A stretch of 64,000 bases of DNA, taken from the NCBI GenBank assembly GCA_963734495.1, contig CAVTHK010000013.1, positions 513,171-577,170 of the forward strand, in the 5' to 3' direction. Positions 10,365 to 19,096 of this stretch are shown in pieces. The position numbers were made by a program, and so were the translations under genes. Position 1 is the stretch's first letter. Each line of letters begins with the position of its first letter. Under the pieces are notes generated by a model. The model was not told the DNA's origin, ran no database searches, and worked only from the letters and a program-made list of their open reading frames with translations. The stretch is from an uncultured Spirochaetota bacterium (lineage in GTDB: Bacteria; Spirochaetota; Spirochaetia; SZUA-6; CAVTHK01).

Positions 10365-12576
10365 TTGAAGCGCGACGTCCGCACCGCCTCGCTGGCGGCC
10401 GCAGCCGCGCTGGCTGCAGCCGGCGGCGTGCTCTGTCTCTCCTAGTCGCCCACTTGCGGAGCGGCGAGATGGACCTGGGGTTCCTGGCCGTGCCGGGGGC
10501 CTTGCTCTTCACGGCCTTCCAGTGGGCCGCGTTCTTCGTGCCGGCCTACCTGCTCGCGTGCGCCTGGATCGTCGGCGCGCGCTCCTTTGACGGCGGCGAG
10601 CTGCTCGCGCTGACGCTCACGGTGGTGCCGTTCCTCACGGCCGCCCTCGCGCTGAAGACGCTGTTCGAGGACGCCGACGCCGCGGCTCCCGTCACGCGGG
10701 TGACGCTGGCGCTCTTCGGCCGCTTTCCGGGGGTGCTGTTCCTCGGCGGGCTCATGACGCTGGAGCTGCTCGCGATCCACCGCGTGCGCGAGGCGCTGGC
10801 CTCCCGCGCGGGACGCCGTCCGCGGCCGCCCGGCCGCGCCCCGCTCCCGAGCCCGAAGCCGGCGACTACCAGGACGTGGAGCCGCTGGAGGAGGCGCCCG
10901 ACGCGCCGGCCGCCTCCGCGCCGGCGTCCGAGCCCCCGCCCCCTCCGCAGCGCCGCAGGACGGCATTCGTGCCGGCGAGCCTGCTGCCGCCCGACGCCGT
11001 GGTCGCCGAGGCGAGCGCCGCGCCCGTCTCCCCTGCCGAGGCGGTGGCCGAGCCCGTTCCCGAGCCGGTCCCCGAACTCGAGGCAGCCGCCCCCGCCGGC
11101 GAACCCGGCGCGGCCGCGACGCCCGCGCTCCCTCCCCCGCGCAAAGGCAAGCGCCCCGGGCACTACTCCGTGCCCATCAAGAACATCCTGGTCGAGCGGC
11201 CCCAGGCCGACGCGACCACGGTCGACAAGGAGATCCGCGACGCCGGCGCGATCCTGATGCGCACCCTCGAGGAGTTCAGCATCGCCGCCGAGCTCACCGG
11301 GATCCGCAAGGGCCCGGTCATCACGATGTTCGAGATCCTCCCGTCGCCCGGAGTCAAGCTCTCAAGGATCGTGAACCTGGCCGACAACATCGCCCTCCGC
11401 CTCGCGGCGCCGCGCGTGCGCATCGTGGCGCCCATACCCGGCAAGCACGCCGTCGGCATCGAGGTCCCGAACAAGCGGCGGTCCATCGTCTCGTTCCGCG
11501 ACATCATCTCCCTCGACCTGTTCCGCGACAGCCACTACGAGATCCCGCTGGCCATCGGCGAGGGCATCTCCGGGGAGGCGCACATCGTCGACCTGGTGCA
11601 GATGCCCCACCTGCTGATCGCCGGCGCCACCGGCAGCGGCAAGAGCGTGTGCGTCAACTCGATCATCGCCAGCATCCTCTACCGCAAGACCCCGAACGAG
11701 GTGAAGCTTCTCCTCATCGACCCCAAGATCGTGGAGCTCAAGCTCTACAACGACATCCCCCACCTGCTCACCCCGGTCATCACCGAGCCCAAGCGCGCCT
11801 ACCGGGCGCTTCAGTACTGCATCTACGAGATGGAGCGCCGCTACTCCCTGCTCGACGCCCTCGGGGTGCGGGACATCCGGTCGTGCAACCGAAAGATCAA
11901 GAAGAACCGGATCGCCCAGACGCCGCTTCCGTACATCGTCATCGTCGTCGACGAGTTCGCCGACCTCATGGCGACCATCGGCAGGGAGATGGAGTCGACG
12001 CTCGCGCGCCTGGCCGCCATGTCCCGGGCGGTCGGGATCCACCTCGTCCTCGCCACGCAGCGGCCTTCGGTCGACGTCATCACGGGCCTGATCAAGGCCA
12101 ACATCCCCTCGCGCATCGCCTTCATGGTCGCCAGCAAGATCGACTCGCGGATCATCATCGACACCGTCGGCGCGGACAAGCTCCTCGGGCAGGGCGACAT
12201 GCTTTTTACCCCCGCCTGGGACCCCGTGCCCGTGCGCATCCAGGGCGCCTATCTCGCCGAGGAGGAGATCGAGGCGCTCACCGCATACGTCAAGACGCTG
12301 GGCGAGCCGGAGTACATCGACGAAGCGATGTTCCTCGACGACGAGGAAGAGGACGTCCCGTTCGACGCGGCCGACGACCCGCTGATGGACAAGGCGCTGG
12401 AGATCGTCGTCACCGCGGGCAAGGCTTCGGCCTCCTACCTGCAGAGGCGCCTGCAGATCGGCTACAACCGCGCGGCCCGCCTCGTCGAGTCGATGGAGCA
12501 GCAGGGCATCGTCGGCCCCGCGCAGGGCAGCAAGCCGCGCGAGATCCTGCACGTGCCCGAGCGCTCGCGCGACTGA
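10365..12576 (+). CDS. ftsK: DNA translocase FtsK/SpoIIIE (N-terminal part frameshifted)
   Basis: Hydrophobic N-terminal segments, Pro/Ala linker, MPHLLIAGATGSGKSV, DEFADLM, LATQRPSVDVITG, gamma domain SYLQRRLQIGYNRAARL. Start TTG after AGGGAGGG is inferred. Confidence 0.92.
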
Positions 12577-12607
12577 CCGCCGCCCGGGGCGCGCGGACCT
12601 GCACGGA

Positions 12608-12661
12608 AACGCTTCGTGCAACGGCCCCCGGAACGTTCGCGAAACGGCCCCCCGATAGGCT
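12608..12661 (+). promoter_or_regulatory. Phased ACG-repeat promoter (site 1)
   Basis: AACG repeats with ACG at 12609, 12621, 12633, 12644, then 9 bp, then TAGGCT (12656-12661). Confidence 0.65.
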
Positions 12662-12682
12662 GGATCACGTCGGAGGCAGGCC

Positions 12683-13252
12683 GTGATCAAGGGCACCAAG
12701 GTTCATCTGCGGCTGATAGAGGAAGGCGACCTCGAGGTCCTGCATCGATTCCTGTGCGACGTCGGGAACCGGGGGCCGTATTTCCCCGGCACGATCCGCT
12801 CCCTGACCGAGCTCCGCGCGCGTTTCCTCCAGGACGGGTTCTGGTCCCCGAGGGAGGGGACCATGGTCATTGTCGACCAGGGCGGGCGCGTCGTCGGGTG
12901 GATCCTCTTCTTCATGCCTCATTCGGAGAACGACGCCTACGAGGCAGCCTACGTCATCTTCGACGAGCAGAGCAGGAACAAAGGCTACGCTACCGAGGCG
13001 CTGTCGCTCTTCGTCCGGTTCCTGTTCCGGACCACGGCCGCGCACAGGATCGAGCTGAACATCGCCACCGACAACGTCCCGTCGAGGCGGGTGGCCGAGA
13101 AGTGCGGCTTCGTGTGCGAGGGCGTCTCGCGGGAGGTGTGGTTCTCCAGCGCCCTCGGAAGGCGGCTCGACGGCGCACGGTACGCAATCCTCAGGAACGA
13201 AGTGGACTACTCATCCTGGGCCCTCCCGGGGCAGGGCGGTAGCGGCAGCTGA
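12683..13252 (+). CDS. GNAT acetyltransferase, RimJ/RimL-like
   Basis: KVHLRLIEEGDL...RNKGYATEAL...NVPSRRVAEKCGFVCEG. Confidence 0.9.
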   Translation: MIKGTKVHLRLIEEGDLEVLHRFLCDVGNRGPYFPGTIRSLTELRARFLQDGFWSPREGTMVIVDQGGRVVGWILFFMPHSENDAYEAAYVIFDEQSRNKGYATEALSLFVRFLFRTTAAHRIELNIATDNVPSRRVAEKCGFVCEGVSREVWFSSALGRRLDGARYAILRNEVDYSSWALPGQGGSGS

Positions 13253-13289
13253 GCGAACCCGCGCGCGTCCCGGGCAGCGGAGGCAACCC

Positions 13290-13381
13290 TCGTTTGACTC
13301 CCCAATGGACAATGGGCCTGCCACGACGTCTACCACATCGTGCAGATCAGGAACATGGGGTTGAGTAACCTGCCTCAGTGA
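13290..13381 (+). pseudogene. Remnant of the 3' end of a DinB-superfamily gene
   Basis: Reads CHDVYHIVQIRNMGLSNLPQ*, matching the HxxYHxxQI C-terminal motif of the DinB/YfiT family; no upstream coding part. Confidence 0.45.
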
Positions 13382-13403
13382 GGCGTTCGGGCCGCGGCCC
13401 GGG

Positions 13404-14567
13404 CTAATTCCCGTCGCCCGCCATCCTCGAGATACAGGCTCGATAATGCAGGTAGTTGGCCCAGCTCACGTCGGGCGGCACCTGGTGGTCCACCATCGGC
13501 ACGTAGCCGCCGCGCTCGAGCATGGCCGGCACCTGGCGCGCGAGCTCCGCGTCGATCGCATCGCGGCCCCGCGCGAGGGCCTTCTTGTCTATCCCTCCCA
13601 GAATCTGCAGGCGGGGGAAATCACGGCGGATCTGCACCACGTCCATCCCCGCCTGGGCCTCGAAGGGGTAGAGCCCGGTGACGCCGCCTTCCATCATCGG
13701 GCGGATCAGCTTGCGGCAATCGCCGTCCGTGTCCACGAGCACGACCTTGACGCCGTGACTGCGCGCGACCTCGGTGACGCGGCGGTAGGCGGGCAGGAGG
13801 AACTCACGGAACATCTCGGGGCTGATCAGCGGCCCGTTCTTGTACGACATGTCCTCCCAGATGTGGACGCAGTCGACCTTGACCCGGGACAGCACCCGGT
13901 CGTACAGCGCGACCCAGAGCGCGCCGAGCCGGTCGATGAGCGCGCGCACCAGCTCGGGCCTCTCGATGAACGCGACCATGAGCTCGACCTCGCCCATGAG
14001 AAAGCGCGGGGCGCCGAAGAACCCGCAGGGGTAGCCGCCAAAGGCCACGACCCCGTCGTAGGCGTTGAGCTCGGCGACCGCCGATTCCCAGTCGGGAGGG
14101 AAGCGGCCGGGCGCGTCGGGATCGAGCCGCTCGGCCGCGACGCGCTCGAGGTCCTCCATCGTCGAGACGGGCCACGACAGGTAGTGCGGGATGCTGTTGC
14201 GCGCCCTGGGCATGAGCTTCACGATGCCGGTGTCGTCGCGGATCACCACCTGGTCGCCGCGGTCCTCGAGGATCTTCTCCTCGAAGGGCGGCCAGAGGTA
14301 GAGCTGCACCGGGACGCGGAGCGTCGGCTTGTCCAGGCCGGACGCCTCGAGCGCGTCCAGGCAGAAGCGGTCGCCCGGCGCGATCGGCGTGGCGGGCCCG
14401 CGCACCGTATCGCCCCACGCGGGGTCGCCCTGGACGCCGTGGCGGCGCGGCATGCCTTCGGAGTACCAGCGCTCGATCGTGCCGCCCCAGAAGCCCTGCT
14501 CCCAGAACGGCACCCGGTCCGCCGGCTCGAAGCCCATCGCCGCATGAAAGCGCTCCTTGTCGGTCAT
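13404..14567 (-). CDS. Uroporphyrinogen decarboxylase (UroD/MtaA-CmuA) family protein
   Basis: MTDKERFHAAMGFEPADRVP...WEDMSYKNGPLISPEMFREF...DTDGD...GGIDK...GGYVPMVDHQVPPDVS; start after AAAGGGG. Confidence 0.88.
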   Translation of the reverse strand: MTDKERFHAAMGFEPADRVPFWEQGFWGGTIERWYSEGMPRRHGVQGDPAWGDTVRGPATPIAPGDRFCLDALEASGLDKPTLRVPVQLYLWPPFEEKILEDRGDQVVIRDDTGIVKLMPRARNSIPHYLSWPVSTMEDLERVAAERLDPDAPGRFPPDWESAVAELNAYDGVVAFGGYPCGFFGAPRFLMGEVELMVAFIERPELVRALIDRLGALWVALYDRVLSRVKVDCVHIWEDMSYKNGPLISPEMFREFLLPAYRRVTEVARSHGVKVVLVDTDGDCRKLIRPMMEGGVTGLYPFEAQAGMDVVQIRRDFPRLQILGGIDKKALARGRDAIDAELARQVPAMLERGGYVPMVDHQVPPDVSWANYLHYRACISRMAGDGN

Positions 14568-14757
14568 CGACGCCCCTTTCGCTGGTCCACGGGGCGATCT
14601 TGGCACGGCGGAGCGGGCCTCGGCAACACTGCGCGCGTTGACGTGGGGAACAGCTGAGGGTGCCTCCTCATTCAGAAAAACCGGAAATTCCGTCCCTTGC
14701 ATTCGGGTTTTCCGGAGGAACTGATGGCGGTGAGCCCTCACCCCCGGAAACAGGGGC

Positions 14758-17700
14758 TCAGGTGGGCTTCGGATGCGGCGCCCGGCCGCCTGAGGGGCGC
14801 CGCCGCGGCGACGCCGACGGGGAGCGACGCCGCGACGGCGCGGCGGCGCCTTCAGCGAGTGCGACGTCGACGGCCTCCTCGTACGACGTCTCGAGCCCGC
14901 GGTGCCACGCGTCGTCAGCCTGGTACTGCGCGAACGCCTCTTTCTCGTCCGGGTCGCAGTCGCTGCGCGTGCTCACGTCGCCGCCCACCGCGGCGTCGCG
15001 CAGCGCCTTGAAAGCGCCGAGCAGTCTCGCCGCGATCGCGTGCCTCCCCAGGGCGCGGGCGACCATGCCCAGCCTCCCGAGGACGTGGACCGCGCCGCCG
15101 CGGTCGCCGAGTCTCACGAAGAGCGAGAGGCTTTCGCGCAAGTGAGCCGCCCCGCGCTTCGTCTCGCCTCCCAGGAAGAGGGCGCGGCCCAGCCCTTCGA
15201 ACGTCCACGCAGTCATCCACCGGTCGCCGAGCTCCTGGAACGCCCGCAGCGCGCCCTCGTAGCGCGAGCAGGCCTCGGCGTGCTCGCCCGCCTCGCGCAG
15301 GAAGTCGCCGAGGCTATTGAGAGCATGCGCGGTACCCCAGAGGTCGCCGCACCGCTGCGAGATGCGCACCGCCTCCTCGAGCCCCTCCCGCGGGCTGCGG
15401 CCGACCGGCCTGCCGCCCGTGGTGCCGTAGGCCCAGATGAGCGAGGTCGCCAGGCGCGCCGGGCCGCCGATCTCGCGGGCGATGGCCACCGCCTCCTCGC
15501 AGAGCCGCGTGCCCTCGTCGTCGCTGCCGAGCCACCGCTCCGCCACGCCGAGGTCCGCGAGCAGCGCGGCCTCCACGCCGCGCGCGCCGAGCCTGCGCGC
15601 GAGCGCCAGGCCCTCGGCGTAGAGCGCGTGGGCCCGTGCCCAGTCGCCCTGAACAAAGACCAGCCAGCCCAGCGCGTCCAGCGCGCGGGCGCGCTCCTCG
15701 CCGAGCGAAGCGCTCTGCGGCAGCGCCAGGGCCTCCTCGAGCCAGCGCGCGCCCAGTTCGAAGTCGCCGCGCCTGTGGTGGAACCAGCGCAGCGCCACGG
15801 CCAGGCGCAGGGCTTCGGTCGCCTTCCCGCGGCGGAGGAGCCAGGACATCGCCCGGCCGCAGTTGTGCTCTTCCTGCACGAGGCGGGCGACCCAGCGCAT
15901 CTGCTCGGGGCCGTGGAGCTGCGGCTCGGCCTGCTCGACGAGGCTCAGGAAGAAGGCGGCGTGCCGGGCGCCGGCCGTCTCCGCCTCGCCGCCCGCCTCC
16001 AGGCGCTCGCGGGCGTACTCGAGGATCGTCTCGAGCATCCGCAACCGCGTCTCGCCGCCGGATTCGTCGCGGTGCAACAGGCTGTGGTCCGCGAGCGAGG
16101 AGAGCCCAGCGAGAACGTCGGCGTCCTCGGGGCCGCCGCGGCAGACCCGCTCGGCCGCGTCGACCGAGGCGCCGCCCGCGAACACGGCAAACCGCGCGAA
16201 CAGCTTCTTCTCACCGTCGTCGAGCAGGTCGTAGCTCCAGTCCAGCGTGCGGCGCAGCGTTTGCTGCCGCGCGGGCGCGCCGGGCAGCGGCCCGGCGGCG
16301 AGGTCCAGGCAGTCGGCGAGCCTTCGGGCGAGGTCCTGCGGCGTGAGGAGCCGCAGCCTCGGGGCCGCCAGCTCGATCGCCAGCGGAAGCCCGTCGAGCC
16401 GCGCGCAGATCTCGCCCAGGGCGGCCGCATTCTCCGCGGTCACGACAAAGTCCGGCCGCGCCGTGGCAGCGCGCTCGGCGAGCAGGCGCACGCTCTCGCA
16501 GCGGGTGACCTGCAGGGCGTCCGCCCCGGCGGCCGCCTGCTCCACGGAGAGCGGCGGCACCGGGAACTCCTTCGCGGCCGCAAGATGGAGGGACCGGCGG
16601 CTCGTGACGATCGCCCTCGCGTGAAGCGCAGAGGCGAGCAGCTGCTCGACCTGCGCGCTCGCGGCCGCCACGTGCTCGAAGTTGTCGAGGAGCAGCAGGA
16701 CCCTGCGCCGCCTCAGGTGATCCGCGAGCATGGCGTCCACCGGCCGCGCCGCGCCGACAGGCCGGCGGACCCCGAGGGCCGCGGCGATGGCCGGCACGAC
16801 TTCGGCCGGCTCGCGGAGGGGAGCCAGATCAATGAAGAAGGTACCCTCGCCGAATCTTCCCGCCGCCTCCCTGGCGGCCTCGACCGCGAGGCGCGTCTTG
16901 CCGGTGCCTCCGGGGCCCGTGAGCGTGAGGATCCGGGTGTCGCCGAGGGCGAGCAGCTCGCGCAGGTGCGCCAGCTCCTTCTCGCGGCCGACGAGCTGCG
17001 TCGCCGGCTCGGGCAGGTTGTTCGGCGGCGGCGGCGCGGCCGGGACGGGCGGCGTCGAGCGCGGCGAGGCGCGTGCCGGGGCGCGCGAGGGGACGCCTCG
17101 CGCGGGGGCCGCGCTCTGCAGGCCGGCGGCGAGCTCCGCGCCATGGGCGCCGCGGATCGCGTCGGCGAGGCGCTCCGTCTCGGCCGACGGCTCCTCGTTC
17201 AGCTCGCGCGCCAGGATCGATCGACACTGCTCGTACTGCCTGAGCGCCGCCGCCCGCCGCCCCGCCCTGCCGTAGAGCCGCATGAGGCTGCAGTGCACGC
17301 GCTCGTCGAGCGGGTCGAGGGCCAGCCAGCGGCGGGCATTCTCGATGGCGCGATCGAGCTGCCCCGAGCTGCCGCAGGCGTCGACGAGCCGCGCGAGGAC
17401 CTCTCCGTATTCGCGGCGGAGGCGCTCCTGCTCGAAGAACTGCCACTCTTCGAAGGGCGGGCTGTCCCTGAGGCGGAACTCCGAGAGAAAGTCGCCCCGG
17501 TACAGATCGGCGGCCCGGGCGAGCGCCTCGCCTGCGTGCGACGCCGCGTCCGGCGCTTGGCCGTCGCAGCGGGCCAGCCGCCGGAACTCGTGCACGTCAA
17601 CCAGGAGCCCGCGCCGCGGGCTGAGCGCCACGTCGGCGCGATCCGCGTTGAGCCACTCGTCGCCGACGAGGCCCTTGAGGAACGACAGCGTCTGGCGGAA

Positions 17701-17889
17701 GTCCGCCCGGGCGCGCTCCGCGGGCTGCTCGGGGAACAGCAGCGCCGTGAGCGCCTCCCGGCCGTGGGGCCGGGCCGTGACGGCGAGGTAGGCGAGGAGA
17801 GCCGCGACCTTCCGCCTCTGCAGGCGCAGCGGCGCGCCCTTCAGCTCGAAGCGCGGTGGTCCGAGGACGAGCACCGAGAGAGCCGGCAC
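14758..17889 (-). CDS. AfsR/SARP-like regulator (wHTH-BTAD-NB-ARC-TPR), copy 1
   Basis: LGPP..RRKVAALLAYLA, DLYRGDFL, DPLDERVHCSLMRLY (BTAD), GPGGTGKT, LLLLDNFEHV, LDGLPLAIELAA, TLDWSYDLL, C-terminal TPRs. GTG start at 17889 chosen by alignment to copy 2. Confidence 0.92.
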   Translation of the reverse strand: MPALSVLVLGPPRFELKGAPLRLQRRKVAALLAYLAVTARPHGREALTALLFPEQPAERARADFRQTLSFLKGLVGDEWLNADRADVALSPRRGLLVDVHEFRRLARCDGQAPDAASHAGEALARAADLYRGDFLSEFRLRDSPPFEEWQFFEQERLRREYGEVLARLVDACGSSGQLDRAIENARRWLALDPLDERVHCSLMRLYGRAGRRAAALRQYEQCRSILARELNEEPSAETERLADAIRGAHGAELAAGLQSAAPARGVPSRAPARASPRSTPPVPAAPPPPNNLPEPATQLVGREKELAHLRELLALGDTRILTLTGPGGTGKTRLAVEAAREAAGRFGEGTFFIDLAPLREPAEVVPAIAAALGVRRPVGAARPVDAMLADHLRRRRVLLLLDNFEHVAAASAQVEQLLASALHARAIVTSRRSLHLAAAKEFPVPPLSVEQAAAGADALQVTRCESVRLLAERAATARPDFVVTAENAAALGEICARLDGLPLAIELAAPRLRLLTPQDLARRLADCLDLAAGPLPGAPARQQTLRRTLDWSYDLLDDGEKKLFARFAVFAGGASVDAAERVCRGGPEDADVLAGLSSLADHSLLHRDESGGETRLRMLETILEYARERLEAGGEAETAGARHAAFFLSLVEQAEPQLHGPEQMRWVARLVQEEHNCGRAMSWLLRRGKATEALRLAVALRWFHHRRGDFELGARWLEEALALPQSASLGEERARALDALGWLVFVQGDWARAHALYAEGLALARRLGARGVEAALLADLGVAERWLGSDDEGTRLCEEAVAIAREIGGPARLATSLIWAYGTTGGRPVGRSPREGLEEAVRISQRCGDLWGTAHALNSLGDFLREAGEHAEACSRYEGALRAFQELGDRWMTAWTFEGLGRALFLGGETKRGAAHLRESLSLFVRLGDRGGAVHVLGRLGMVARALGRHAIAARLLGAFKALRDAAVGGDVSTRSDCDPDEKEAFAQYQADDAWHRGLETSYEEAVDVALAEGAAAPSRRRSPSASPRRRPSGGRAPHPKPT

Positions 17890-18027
17890 TTCTTGTCCCG
17901 AAGGCCGCGGCAGCGGCCTCGCCCCGTCGCGGCTGGCGACCGGGGGGTCGCGAGCGGCGGCGCCGCAGCCTTCTTCATTTACTCTATCCGACTTTCCCTC
18001 CGCGAAAAAGCGCAAAAACAGCTTTGT

Positions 18028-18081
18028 AACGCTGCGTGGAACGCCCGGAGGGACGATCCCGTCACGGTCGTCGCGTAGGCT
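18028..18081 (+). promoter_or_regulatory. Phased ACG-repeat promoter (site 2)
   Basis: ACG at 18029, 18041, 18053, 18064, then 9 bp, then TAGGCT (18076-18081). Confidence 0.65.
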
Positions 18082-18111
18082 GGGGCAAAGTCAGAGGACG
18101 AGGAGGAAGCA

Positions 18112-18591
18112 ATGAGAAGGCTCGTGCTCGTGTTGGGGCTCGCCACCGCGGCAGGGCTGCTGCTGTGCGGCTGCGCGACAGTCAAGGCGGCGGACGCGGA
18201 TGGTTTCAGGGCGGCAGCCGAGGAAATCTACGCGAAGTACGCGGGCTCGGTGACTTCCGGCGACCAGGACCGCTGGCTCACCAACTGGGACGAGAACGGC
18301 ATCCAGATGAGGCCGGACGGGCAGTCGGTCGTCGGCAAGAAGGCCATCGAGGAGCGCGTCCGCAGCCGGTGGCCGACGATGACGATGGCCATGACGATCA
18401 AGGTCGAAGAGGCGACGGCAGCAGGTGACTGGGGATATGCGAAGGGGACCTACGTACAGACGATCATGCCCAAGGCGGGAGGGCCGGTGACCAACGTGGA
18501 CGGCAAGTGGCTCGACATCCTCAAGCGCCAGCCTGACGGCACCTGGAAGCTGTACATAGACTGCTTCAATTCGAACGTGCCGCCGAAATAG
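18112..18591 (+). CDS. NTF2-like (DUF4440/SnoaL) lipoprotein
   Basis: [11 protein letters not shown]; lipobox LLCGC; AGDWGYAKG...GKWLDILKRQPDGTWKLYIDCFN. Confidence 0.85.
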   Translation: MRRLVLVLGLATAAGLLLCGCATVKAADADGFRAAAEEIYAKYAGSVTSGDQDRWLTNWDENGIQMRPDGQSVVGKKAIEERVRSRWPTMTMAMTIKVEEATAAGDWGYAKGTYVQTIMPKAGGPVTNVDGKWLDILKRQPDGTWKLYIDCFNSNVPPK

Positions 18592-18607
18592 GCGGGGGAG
18601 GAAGGAA

Positions 18608-19075
18608 ATGAAGAGGAGCGTCGTGCTTGTGTCTCTGCTTGCGTTTACGCTGATCGCGGCCGCGGCGGCGACGGCTCAGACGCGGATGATCGGACCCAGG
18701 GCGGACTGCGATGCGATCGCGAAGATCATGGAGGACTATGCGCTCGCCGGCACCCGCAGCGACCCGGAGCTGCGCCTTTCGCTCTGGGATCGCGAGGGGA
18801 TCGCGTACAAGGGGGACCTGAGCGTGTTCGACATGGCGGGGGTGGAGAAGAGGGTCCGCGCCGGCTTCGCAGCCACCACCATGAACATGTGGATCAAGAT
18901 CGAGGAGATCTTCGTGTCCGGCGACCTCGCCTACGCGCTCGGGCCGTACGGGAGCAGGCAGGGGCCCAAGGCCGGCGGCCCCATGATCGTCGTCGACGGC
19001 AGGTACCTGACGGTCCTCAGGCGGCAGCCCGACGGGTCCTGGAAGATCTACCGCGACTTTTCGGCCACCAAGTAG
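18608..19075 (+). CDS. Secreted NTF2-like (DUF4440/SnoaL) protein, paralog of the upstream gene
   Basis: Signal peptide; SGDLAYALG...GPKAGGP...DGRYLTVLRRQPDGSWKIYRD. Confidence 0.85.
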   Translation: MKRSVVLVSLLAFTLIAAAAATAQTRMIGPRADCDAIAKIMEDYALAGTRSDPELRLSLWDREGIAYKGDLSVFDMAGVEKRVRAGFAATTMNMWIKIEEIFVSGDLAYALGPYGSRQGPKAGGPMIVVDGRYLTVLRRQPDGSWKIYRDFSATK

Positions 19076-19096
19076 GAAAGCCCGGCACGCCGGGCA

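Noticed and set aside
14570-14760. Cobalamin riboswitch before the UroD-family gene
   Set aside because: B12-box and core consensus elements not found on the coding strand.
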